Shown: positions 7,600 to 15,721 of the stretch, piece after piece
How the letters are laid out: each line of letters opens with the position of its first letter
Numbering within the stretch: position 1 is the stretch's first letter
UHGV virus genome: UHGV-2125804
DNA length: 47,909 bases
Origin: a virus
Reading direction: 5' to 3' (one strand)
The notes under the pieces: generated by a model
What the model saw: only the letters and a program-made list of their open reading frames with translations
What the model was told of the DNA's origin: nothing
The model's database searches: none
Program-made: the position numbers and the translations under genes

Positions 7600-9377
7600 T
7601 GTTATTGTCTTATTCTGAGCTTGAAAAGTGGTGGGAGAATTACAAAGAGGAGCAATCTTCTTGGGGCGGGGTATTGTTAGAACCGTATCCTGAGTTACTC
7701 ACTACTTGGTATGCAGAACGTTTGATTGATGGTTCTATACTTGCTAGTAAAGAAAATATTCTCGCTGCAAAACGCCATATGATGGATTTGAAACGCCAAG
7801 GAACAGAAGATTTTCCGTGGATCTTTGATGAAGCGGCAGGTCATAGGCCAATTCGTTTCATCGAAGAAAATTGTCGACCGACAGAAGGAGATTTTGAACG
7901 ATTTGTATTGCAACCTTGGCAACATTTTATCATTGGGTCTATGTTCGGTTGGGTTCACAAAGAGACAGGCGTACGACGGTTTCGTGAAGCACTAACGTTT
8001 GTTGGTCGTAAGAACGGTAAAACCTCACTGATTAGTGGTTTATCAGCATATATGCTTGGATACGACAATGAGCAAGGTGCCAACGTGTATGTATTAGCGA
8101 ATGCAAAAGATCAAGCCTCAATCTTATTTGATAAAACTAAAGAAATGGTCAAGCAATCACCACGATTAGACAAGAAGTATAAACCACAACGATCGGTGAT
8201 TAAGGACGAAGCTACATTTTCAAAGATGGAAGCGAGAGCATCTGACAGCAAAAAGTTAGATGGATTGAATACACATTTTGCAATTTTCGATGAAATCCAT
8301 GAGTTCATAAATTTCAAACTGATTAATGTTATCAAGAAATCACGGGGAACTAGACGACAGCCATTGATTACTTATATCACAACAGCTGGTTATGTTCTAG
8401 ATGGACCACTAATGCAATATTATGACAACGCACTCGATTGTTTAGAACATCTTGAAGATGGGCTAGATGAACGAGTATTTTACTTTATAGCAAAACTAGA
8501 TGATGTATCAGAAGCGGACGATCCAAGAAAATGGATTAAAGCCAATCCGAACATCGGTTTAATGTCGTTTGTTGATCTTGTTACTGACTGGAAGACAGAA
8601 CGCAACAGTCCTCAAGAACGCGCCGATTGGATTACTAAACAGTTCAATCTTTTTTCAGATATTGATGAACTGTCGTTCTTAGATATGCAGACAATCAATA
8701 AGAACAATAAAGAAATTGATTGGGAAACAATGAAAGATCAGGAGTGTGTAGCTGGCTATGACTTATCAGAAACGCAGGATTTTACATCTGCAAATTTAGA
8801 ATTTCCGATCTATGAAACCGGAGAAATTGCAGTTCTTGAGCATAGTTGGATTTCGCAGGAAAGATACAACAATGATAACAACAAGCAAAGATTAGATGCA
8901 TGGATAAAATCAGGAGATTTGACTGTCACACCTGGCAGCTATGTTGATTATCAGTTTGTATTTGAGTGGTTTGTTGAACAATCAAAAGAATTCAAAATTT
9001 TGAAAGTCAGATATGATCGTAGGAATAGTCTAATTCTGAACCAACAAATGATTGATTATGGTTTTGTAATGGAAGAAGCAATCCAAGGATTTACAACTTT
9101 AGGGGGTCCAATGAAGGACCTTAAAGAACGTTTTTTAGATGGAAAAGTAATATATAACAAGCAAAAGATATTCCGATGGTATTTATCTAACGTGAAACTC
9201 GTTCAAGATAGAAACAATAACTGGATGCCAACTAAGCAATCAAAAAATCGGAAAATCGATGGTTTTGCTGCATTGCTGAACAGCCACGTAAGTGTGGTAG
9301 AAATGTTTGCAAATAAATCAAAACAAACTGCGAATGTCGGCTTTATAAGTATCAGAGAAATGATGAAGGGAGGGTAG
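7590..9377 (+). CDS. terL: terminase large subunit
   Basis: 595 aa; Walker-A-like VGRKNGKT, ATPase and nuclease regions typical of TerL. Confidence 0.9.
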   Translation: MDLMLLSYSELEKWWENYKEEQSSWGGVLLEPYPELLTTWYAERLIDGSILASKENILAAKRHMMDLKRQGTEDFPWIFDEAAGHRPIRFIEENCRPTEGDFERFVLQPWQHFIIGSMFGWVHKETGVRRFREALTFVGRKNGKTSLISGLSAYMLGYDNEQGANVYVLANAKDQASILFDKTKEMVKQSPRLDKKYKPQRSVIKDEATFSKMEARASDSKKLDGLNTHFAIFDEIHEFINFKLINVIKKSRGTRRQPLITYITTAGYVLDGPLMQYYDNALDCLEHLEDGLDERVFYFIAKLDDVSEADDPRKWIKANPNIGLMSFVDLVTDWKTERNSPQERADWITKQFNLFSDIDELSFLDMQTINKNNKEIDWETMKDQECVAGYDLSETQDFTSANLEFPIYETGEIAVLEHSWISQERYNNDNNKQRLDAWIKSGDLTVTPGSYVDYQFVFEWFVEQSKEFKILKVRYDRRNSLILNQQMIDYGFVMEEAIQGFTTLGGPMKDLKERFLDGKVIYNKQKIFRWYLSNVKLVQDRNNNWMPTKQSKNRKIDGFAALLNSHVSVVEMFANKSKQTANVGFISIREMMKGG

Positions 9378-9379
9378 AA

Positions 9380-10615
9380 ATGAATATAGTTCAAAGAGCA
9401 ATAAACAGAGTAACACCCAAATTCGTCAAGCAAGCAATCATTAAGAACTATCAAACTAATAGCAGTTTCAAACAATGGTTTGGGAAAATATTCTTCGGAA
9501 TAGAAAACTCTACTCTTGAAACGAACGAGAATATTTTTTCAGTCGTTTCAAGACTTAGTAACACATTGTCTAGTCTACCGTTCAAAAAATACCTAAACTA
9601 CGATCAACAATTTGATGAAGAAATGGACAGACTAGTTTATTACCCCAATAAAAATCAAACACTCGATCAGATTATTAACGTATTAGAAGTTAGTAGGGAT
9701 ACAAATGGTAACGGTTATGCATTGATCATGAGAGATATCCGAGGTCAGCTGGACATGTTAGTCCCATTCAATCCAAATTACGTTGAGCCAGTTCTCGAAC
9801 AAAATAGTAATGAGCTTTGGTATGTGGTGAATAACGAAGGGAAAACATACTATTTCCATAATTCTGATGTTATTCATGTTCGTCACATTGCTGGTAATGG
9901 GAATTGGAAGGGTATTAGTCCAATTGCTGTTTTGAAGAATTCCAATGATTTTGACAAAGCAGTCAGAGAGTTTTCTTTAAAAGAAATGCAATCTCTTAGA
10001 GATTCATTCATTTTGACCTATGCAAGTAATGTTGATGAAGAAAAAAGAGCAGCTGTTGTAGAGGATTTCAGAAGATTTTATGAGGAGAATGGCGGAGTTC
10101 TTTTTCAAGAACCAGGGGTAACAATTGACGAGATGGAACGTAACTTTGTTGCAACAGACATGCAAATTACCGAAGGTATAACACGTGATCGGATTGCGAA
10201 TGTATACAATGTTCCGAGCATATTCCTCAATTCGGATAGTAGTAGTTTTTCATCAAATGAACAACTTATGCAGTTGTTTGTAAATATGACGCTCACTCCA
10301 ATCGTTAAGCAGTACGAGCGAGAGTTTAATAAGAAAATCCTACGAAAAGAGGAGCGAGTAAAAGGATATTACTTTAAGTTCAATATGATGGGCCTCTTAC
10401 GTGGAGATAGTGATGCTAGACAGAAATTCTATCATGGTGGTATTCGTGATGGATGGATGGCTCCAGACGAAGCACGGATGCTCGAAGAAATGCCACCACG
10501 GGGAGGAAAAGCATCTGAATTGTGGATCTCAGGAGATATGTATCCGCAAGATATGGACCCTGCACTTAGAAAATCGAATAAAACAGGTACTCAAGACGTA
10601 ATCAAGAAAGATTAG
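9380..10615 (+). CDS. portal protein (HK97 family)
   Basis: 411 aa directly after terL; portal-family conservation. Confidence 0.9.
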   Translation: MNIVQRAINRVTPKFVKQAIIKNYQTNSSFKQWFGKIFFGIENSTLETNENIFSVVSRLSNTLSSLPFKKYLNYDQQFDEEMDRLVYYPNKNQTLDQIINVLEVSRDTNGNGYALIMRDIRGQLDMLVPFNPNYVEPVLEQNSNELWYVVNNEGKTYYFHNSDVIHVRHIAGNGNWKGISPIAVLKNSNDFDKAVREFSLKEMQSLRDSFILTYASNVDEEKRAAVVEDFRRFYEENGGVLFQEPGVTIDEMERNFVATDMQITEGITRDRIANVYNVPSIFLNSDSSSFSSNEQLMQLFVNMTLTPIVKQYEREFNKKILRKEERVKGYYFKFNMMGLLRGDSDARQKFYHGGIRDGWMAPDEARMLEEMPPRGGKASELWISGDMYPQDMDPALRKSNKTGTQDVIKKD

Positions 10616-10648
10616 GTCTTTTTATTTTGCCTTGAAAGGAGGGTTGAG

Positions 10649-11374
10649 ATGAAAAAATTTTGGGAAGTAAAACAATCGGCTAACAAAGAGGAAGCTGACA
10701 TTTATATTTTCGGTGAAATAGTTTCTTACAAATGGGATGACGCGGATACAACAGCGGCTAGTTTCCAAAAAGACTTAAAGGAACTGGGAGAGGTAAATCA
10801 AATCAATCTACACATTAATTCTCCTGGGGGATCAGTCTTTGAAGGTATTGCGATTGGAAACATGCTGAAACGGCATACAGCTCATGTTACAGCTCATGTA
10901 GATGCGCTGGCTGCTTCTATTGCTAGTGTGATTGTAGCCAGCTGTGACAAGGTCGTTATGCCTGAAAACAGCATGTTGATGATTCATAATCCTTGGACTT
11001 TCTCAACGGGGAATGCAAAAGAGTTACGTAAGCAAGCAGATGATTTAGATAAAATCGCTGAATCTTCTGTCGTCACATATCTATCTAAGGCTAGCGACAA
11101 ACTATCTGAGGAAAAAATCAAACAAATAATGGATGAGGAAACGTGGTTATCCGCTGCTGAAGCGTATGAGTACGGTCTTTGTGATGCAGTCGAATCCGCA
11201 AATCAGATGGCAGCTTCAATCAGCGAAAAACTTTTTGAAGCTTATCAAAACGTACCGACTAAGTTGTTACAACCTGTTCAAAAAGAACGAATTACTGAAG
11301 AGCAACGGAAGCAAATCGTTAAACAAGCGCAACAAGATAAAGCCTATATTGGCGAAATTCTAGGAGGACTATAA
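10649..11374 (+). CDS. ClpP-like prohead protease
   Basis: ClpP-family motifs (GSVFEGIAIGNML..., AASIASVI); position between portal and capsid. Confidence 0.85.
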   Translation: MKKFWEVKQSANKEEADIYIFGEIVSYKWDDADTTAASFQKDLKELGEVNQINLHINSPGGSVFEGIAIGNMLKRHTAHVTAHVDALAASIASVIVASCDKVVMPENSMLMIHNPWTFSTGNAKELRKQADDLDKIAESSVVTYLSKASDKLSEEKIKQIMDEETWLSAAEAYEYGLCDAVESANQMAASISEKLFEAYQNVPTKLLQPVQKERITEEQRKQIVKQAQQDKAYIGEILGGL

Positions 11375-11377
11375 TTT

Positions 11378-12508
11378 ATGAAAACAATTTTCGAATTAAA
11401 ACAGGATATGACTACGATTGGTAATCAAATCCAAAAAACTAAGGATGAAATTTCTCAAAAAGCAGCAGACCCATCGGTGAGTGTTGAGGATTTAAACCAA
11501 TTAAACAAAACGTCAGCTGAATTGCAACAACGCTTTGACATTATCAAAGCTCAACATGATCAAATGGAAGCAGAACAAAAGGCTAGCTTGTCTAAACAAA
11601 CCTTTTCAACAGCTGAAAATATTGAACAAAAGAAAATTGATGCTAAAGCGGAATTAATTCGCAAAACAATGGCTAAAGAAGCAGTACCAGTAGATGTTTA
11701 TCAAGTTTTAGGTGATGAAGATACTACGAAAGGGAATAAATTCCTTCCTAAAACTGTGGCAAATGACATTATTTCTGAACCTACTGTAAAAAATCCGCTA
11801 CGCGAAGTTTCAACTGTAACAAACATTCCTAACTTGGAAATTCCAAAAGTTACTTTCACTTTGGATGATGACGACTTTATCGCGGATAAAGAAACAGCGA
11901 AAGAATTAGAAGCAAAAGGAGACACTGTTTCGTTTACACGACACAAATTCAAAGTGTTCACTGGGATTTCTGAAACAATTTTATTGGGAACCAATACTAA
12001 TTTAGTTTCCACTGTAGAATCTAACTTGCAATCTGGCGTTGCGGCAAAAGAACGTAAAGTAGCATTTGCAGAAACACCAAAAACTGGTGAAGAACATATG
12101 AGTTTCTATGATAAAACAGTAGTTAACATTAAAGAAGTCACTGGTGCTGATATGTATGAAGCAATCACAGAAGCAGTAGCTGATTTACACGAAGACTATC
12201 GTGAAAATGCAAAAATCATGATGCGCTTTACTGATTACTTGAAGATTATCAAAACATTAGCGAATGGCAGTGCTACTCTATACACTGCGCAACCGGAACA
12301 AGTTTTAGGGAAGCCAGTTATCTTTACTGATGCTGCAGTGACTCCAGTTGTTGGCGATTTCTCATATTCTCATTTCAACTATGATATTGGTGCAACGTAT
12401 GAACAAGATAAAGATGTAAAAACAGGTATCAACTTGTTCGTAGTGACTGCATGGTTCGATCACCAAATTAAACTAGCGTCTGCTTTCCGATTAGCAAAAA
12501 AAGCGTAG
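11378..12508 (+). CDS. major capsid protein (HK97 fold)
   Basis: 376 aa after protease; N-terminal coiled-coil delta-like region followed by capsid domain. Confidence 0.85.
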   Translation: MKTIFELKQDMTTIGNQIQKTKDEISQKAADPSVSVEDLNQLNKTSAELQQRFDIIKAQHDQMEAEQKASLSKQTFSTAENIEQKKIDAKAELIRKTMAKEAVPVDVYQVLGDEDTTKGNKFLPKTVANDIISEPTVKNPLREVSTVTNIPNLEIPKVTFTLDDDDFIADKETAKELEAKGDTVSFTRHKFKVFTGISETILLGTNTNLVSTVESNLQSGVAAKERKVAFAETPKTGEEHMSFYDKTVVNIKEVTGADMYEAITEAVADLHEDYRENAKIMMRFTDYLKIIKTLANGSATLYTAQPEQVLGKPVIFTDAAVTPVVGDFSYSHFNYDIGATYEQDKDVKTGINLFVVTAWFDHQIKLASAFRLAKKA

Positions 12509-12551
12509 CCCCGGCAGTCGTCGGGAATGTGACCCCGACTGTAGATGGGGC
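12508..12551 (+). promoter_or_regulatory. GC-rich stem-loop immediately after capsid stop (mRNA stabiliser or processing element)
   Basis: GCCCC...CAGTCG...GGG/CCC...CGACTG...GGGGC nested helix, no T-run. Confidence 0.4.
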
Positions 12552-12581
12552 ATTGATTGATTTGAGTTAGGCGGTGATTAG

Positions 12582-12944
12582 ATGATTCTAGACCCGAAAA
12601 AAGAAGAGGATTTAGAAGAAATAAAAGCTGCAATTCGTGAGGATTATACTGATGATGATATCGGGGTGCAACGTTCTGTGATGTCTGCGATTGCATATAT
12701 TAAGGGGGCTATCGGGAATGAGAAGCCCTCTTTCTATCTACAGGATAATGAGACGATTGATTTGATTAACCTAGCAATCCTATTATTATCTGATCACTAC
12801 TATCATGCAGGATCAGCAACGATAGAGTCTCAAACACAAAATGGTGCACTTCGTGAATATGATCTAGGTTTTAACTCTATGTTGCTTCAACTAAAGGCAA
12901 GTTACCTCGCTTTTAAAGAAGGTGACAGCGATGAGGAAAAGTAG
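12582..12944 (+). CDS. head-tail connector (gp6-like)
   Basis: Size, position, acidic N-terminus typical of the phage gp6-like connector. Confidence 0.65.
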   Translation: MILDPKKEEDLEEIKAAIREDYTDDDIGVQRSVMSAIAYIKGAIGNEKPSFYLQDNETIDLINLAILLLSDHYYHAGSATIESQTQNGALREYDLGFNSMLLQLKASYLAFKEGDSDEEK

Positions 12945-13281
12945 AACAGGAAAACTAAAGACCAAAATTGTATTTTGGCAGTACAAACCTAATAGTGGGC
13001 CTGAACCGGGTGAAAAAGAAAAGAAAATCCTCTATAAAGCTCGGGCTGAGATTTATGATCCATCTATGAAAGATTTAGAAATACTGAATGGTAAAGGTAC
13101 TAAAAAAGCAGTAACAATAGTCATACGTGATCCGCGAGGAAAGTATATTCCTACAAATAAACATTTTGTAGAAATCTTAGATTATCGATTGGGTGAACGT
13201 TGGAACATTATGGACGTTAGACAGGATATTTCTGAAAATCGTTTCCTTACTATCGTATTGGGTGTAACTAACGATGAGTAA
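12931..13281 (+). CDS. head closure / head-tail adaptor protein
   Basis: Position; RBS GAAGGTGA before ATG 12931 (track ORF begins at 12922). Confidence 0.6.
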   Translation: MRKSRTGKLKTKIVFWQYKPNSGPEPGEKEKKILYKARAEIYDPSMKDLEILNGKGTKKAVTIVIRDPRGKYIPTNKHFVEILDYRLGERWNIMDVRQDISENRFLTIVLGVTNDE

Positions 13282-13678
13282 CGTTGAATTTCAAGGTGTA
13301 ACTGAAACTATCCAAGCTTTGGAGAAAAAACTAGGAACTAATAAAACAAAAACTGTTACTCGAAAAGCAATCAATGTGGGTGCTGAGAAAGTTGAAAAGA
13401 ATCTTCAAACTGACATGATTGTATTCAAGGATAAGGGTTATACAATTGATGAAGTTGTACGAAAGAACGCAACCTACAAAAACTACAGAGCTGAAGCAGA
13501 AATAGGGTGGAATGGACCTCATGAGCGCTATCGAATCATTCATCTTAATGAATGGGGTTATACAAGAGACGGAAAACAAATAACTCCTCGTGGTTTCGGC
13601 GTGATCACTAAGTCTTTGAAAAAATCAGAGCCAATTTATCTGGAAGCAGTTGCAACGGAGGTTAAAAAGAGCCTATGA
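13274..13678 (+). CDS. HK97 gp10-like tail-head joining protein
   Basis: Size, synteny, overlapping starts. Confidence 0.6.
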   Translation: MSNVEFQGVTETIQALEKKLGTNKTKTVTRKAINVGAEKVEKNLQTDMIVFKDKGYTIDEVVRKNATYKNYRAEAEIGWNGPHERYRIIHLNEWGYTRDGKQITPRGFGVITKSLKKSEPIYLEAVATEVKKSL

Positions 13679-14085
13679 AAGACATGTTAAATAATATCTA
13701 TGAAAAGCTCTGTACTAATGAATACATCCATAACCTAACGTTCAATGAAGAAACAAAAGAATATCGCATAAAGCATTACCAACAACCAGAAACAGCCGAT
13801 AAATCAGGAGCGTTCATTACGATTAGACCAGTGGATGTTCCAAACGAGGCTTATCATGGAAGCGATAAAGAACTTTCTATTGAACACTTAATACAAATTG
13901 ACGTTGAATCCAAGTACAGAGCGACATGTAAACAAATCCAATACGAGATAAAAAAGGAAATGAAGACGCTAGGCTTTGGTCAAGTTTCTGGTCAAGGACT
14001 AGATGAATACTTTTCCGAGACAAATCGTTATGTAGATGCACGTCGATACGATGGGAATACAAGAATTTACGATACACAATATTAA
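13675..14085 (+). CDS. tail completion protein
   Basis: Synteny. Confidence 0.5.
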   Translation: MKDMLNNIYEKLCTNEYIHNLTFNEETKEYRIKHYQQPETADKSGAFITIRPVDVPNEAYHGSDKELSIEHLIQIDVESKYRATCKQIQYEIKKEMKTLGFGQVSGQGLDEYFSETNRYVDARRYDGNTRIYDTQY

Positions 14086-14103
14086 AACAGAATAACAGGA
14101 ATC

Positions 14104-14133
14104 AAGACACGAAAAATCGTGTCTTTTTTTGTT
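14104..14133 (+). terminator. intrinsic terminator
   Basis: AAGACACG-AAAAAT-CGTGTCTT perfect stem followed by TTTTTTTGTTGT. Confidence 0.6.
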
Positions 14134-14162
14134 GTCAAAAATTAAGAAAGAGAGTGATTATA

Positions 14163-14750
14163 TTGACACTTGTAGGGTTTAAAAAAATGACAATCGGGGT
14201 TTTCGATGAAAACGGGAAAATTCCAGCAGCAAATCTAATCGTAATTGAAGGAAAACAAGACAAAGGAGCGACTATATCGGCTGAAATCAGCGGATTATCT
14301 AAAGAAGCATCTAAAGTATATGGTTCGAATGTTCCATATTATATTTCTCAAAAAGGTACGGGCGATATCTCAGCAAACTTCGGCTTATTAGATTTACCTG
14401 ATGGTGCAAATGACAAGATTTTGGGCTATAAAGTCGACGAGACAAACGGATTTAGCTTCTTAGGCGAAGATACTGAACCACCATATTGTGCTGTGCTAAT
14501 GGAATCAGAAGATTTAAACGGTGAAACTGCAATGCTTGGATTATTTAAAGGTAAATTTAGTCGTGAAGCTATTAATTTGAATACTACGACTAATGAAGCA
14601 TTTGAACCCGAAGCTGAAGAATATGTATTTTCTGCGATTGCTAATGATGTTGAAGGGGATGCTAAAGGACAATCGCTAGTGAAATTTAGCGGCGATGATG
14701 AATCAAAAATTACTGCACTAAAAGCATTGGTTTTCCCAGCGGGGGAGTAA
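14163..14750 (+). CDS. major tail protein
   Basis: ~195 aa MTIGVFDENGK...; TTG 14163 with GAGAGTGA RBS (alternatives GTG 14154, ATG 14187). Confidence 0.7.
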   Translation: MTLVGFKKMTIGVFDENGKIPAANLIVIEGKQDKGATISAEISGLSKEASKVYGSNVPYYISQKGTGDISANFGLLDLPDGANDKILGYKVDETNGFSFLGEDTEPPYCAVLMESEDLNGETAMLGLFKGKFSREAINLNTTTNEAFEPEAEEYVFSAIANDVEGDAKGQSLVKFSGDDESKITALKALVFPAGE

Positions 14751-14822
14751 CAAGCCCAGTCGTTGGAGCGGTTACCCCAACGACAACAGGGGCAACAGTC
14801 GCATTGAGTTAGGAGAATGAAT

Positions 14823-15158
14823 ATGGTAGATACATTTAAAATTTACAAAAAAGATGGAACAAAAGTCGCCGAAGGGTCAAGTCCTCTCTCTATTACAGGA
14901 GTAGCTGCTGAAACTGCTGTTGCAAAAGGAGATTATCAAGCAGTTCGAGTGATTAATGATGTTGAATCCAAAAAAGTGGATATTCCCGCATTTACAACAT
15001 TGGCTGAGCAAGAACCAGCTTCACTGAATTTAGACCAAAATGACAAACCAACAAAGAGCAATACTGTGGATGAAATCAAGTTATGGCTAACCGAACATAG
15101 TATAGATTTTTCTGGAGTTACTTTGAAAGATGATTTATTAGCGTTAATTCCAGATTAA
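14823..15158 (+). CDS. tail-associated Ig-like domain protein
   Basis: AGGAG RBS 7 nt before ATG 14823; Ig-like N-terminal portion. Confidence 0.4.
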   Translation: MVDTFKIYKKDGTKVAEGSSPLSITGVAAETAVAKGDYQAVRVINDVESKKVDIPAFTTLAEQEPASLNLDQNDKPTKSNTVDEIKLWLTEHSIDFSGVTLKDDLLALIPD

Positions 15159-15160
15159 GC

Positions 15161-15190
15161 AAGAGGACTGTAATGGTCCTCTTTTTTATT
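15161..15190 (+). terminator. intrinsic terminator
   Basis: AAGAGGAC-TGTAATG-GTCCTCTT followed by TTTTTTATTT. Confidence 0.6.
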
Positions 15191-15215
15191 TGAAAACAAT
15201 AGGAGGAAATGATAG

Positions 15216-15527
15216 ATGGCACAAGTTCGAATCGAATTAAAAAATAAAAATGGTAAGAAGGAAGTTTTTGAAAAACTAGAAACTACAGGTAAAGATTACC
15301 GATTAGCTTTACAAACAATTAAGAAATTAAACGCAGAAAAAATCATGATCTGGGATCAATTAGATATTTACTTAGCTTTTGCAGTTGAAATTTTTAAGGC
15401 TGACAAATTAACTTCAGATCAAATTTTGGAAGGCTTGCCTTCTGAAAAAACACGTGAAACTTTGGACGATTTATTAGGACAAGTAATGGGAATTGAAGAT
15501 GATCCTGACCCAGATGCAAAAAAGTAA
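15216..15527 (+). CDS. tail assembly chaperone (G-like)
   Basis: 103 aa immediately upstream of the tape measure gene; strong AGGAGG RBS. Confidence 0.7.
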   Translation: MAQVRIELKNKNGKKEVFEKLETTGKDYRLALQTIKKLNAEKIMIWDQLDIYLAFAVEIFKADKLTSDQILEGLPSEKTRETLDDLLGQVMGIEDDPDPDAKK

Positions 15528-15706
15528 CTCCTGAAGAAGCAGAAGAAATGTATCTGGATTTGTGCAGAGAATTAACGAAACAAGGATGGTCTCTTTCAGA
15601 TATTGAAAATAACTCTTTTGATACTTTGATCGAAATAGCCTGTGTAAGTCCGAAAAAAGAGAAACAAGAAGAAGTCGATCTAAAAGACTTCGTCAAATCC
15701 ATTTAG
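15216..15706 (+). CDS. tail assembly chaperone -1 frameshift fusion product (GT-like, ~163 aa)
   Basis: -1 frame opens at 15509, just before the slippery heptamer, and runs to the stop at 15704..15706. Confidence 0.55.
15518..15524 (+). promoter_or_regulatory. programmed -1 ribosomal frameshift site A_AAA_AAG
   Basis: Heptamer gcA AAA AAG in zero frame, 3 nt before the G-gene stop. Confidence 0.6.
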
Positions 15707-15721
15707 GAAAGGAGGAAAACT

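Noticed and set aside
11133-11363. 76-aa alternate-frame ORF inside the prohead protease gene
   Set aside because: Embedded in a conserved coding frame. No independent signals.
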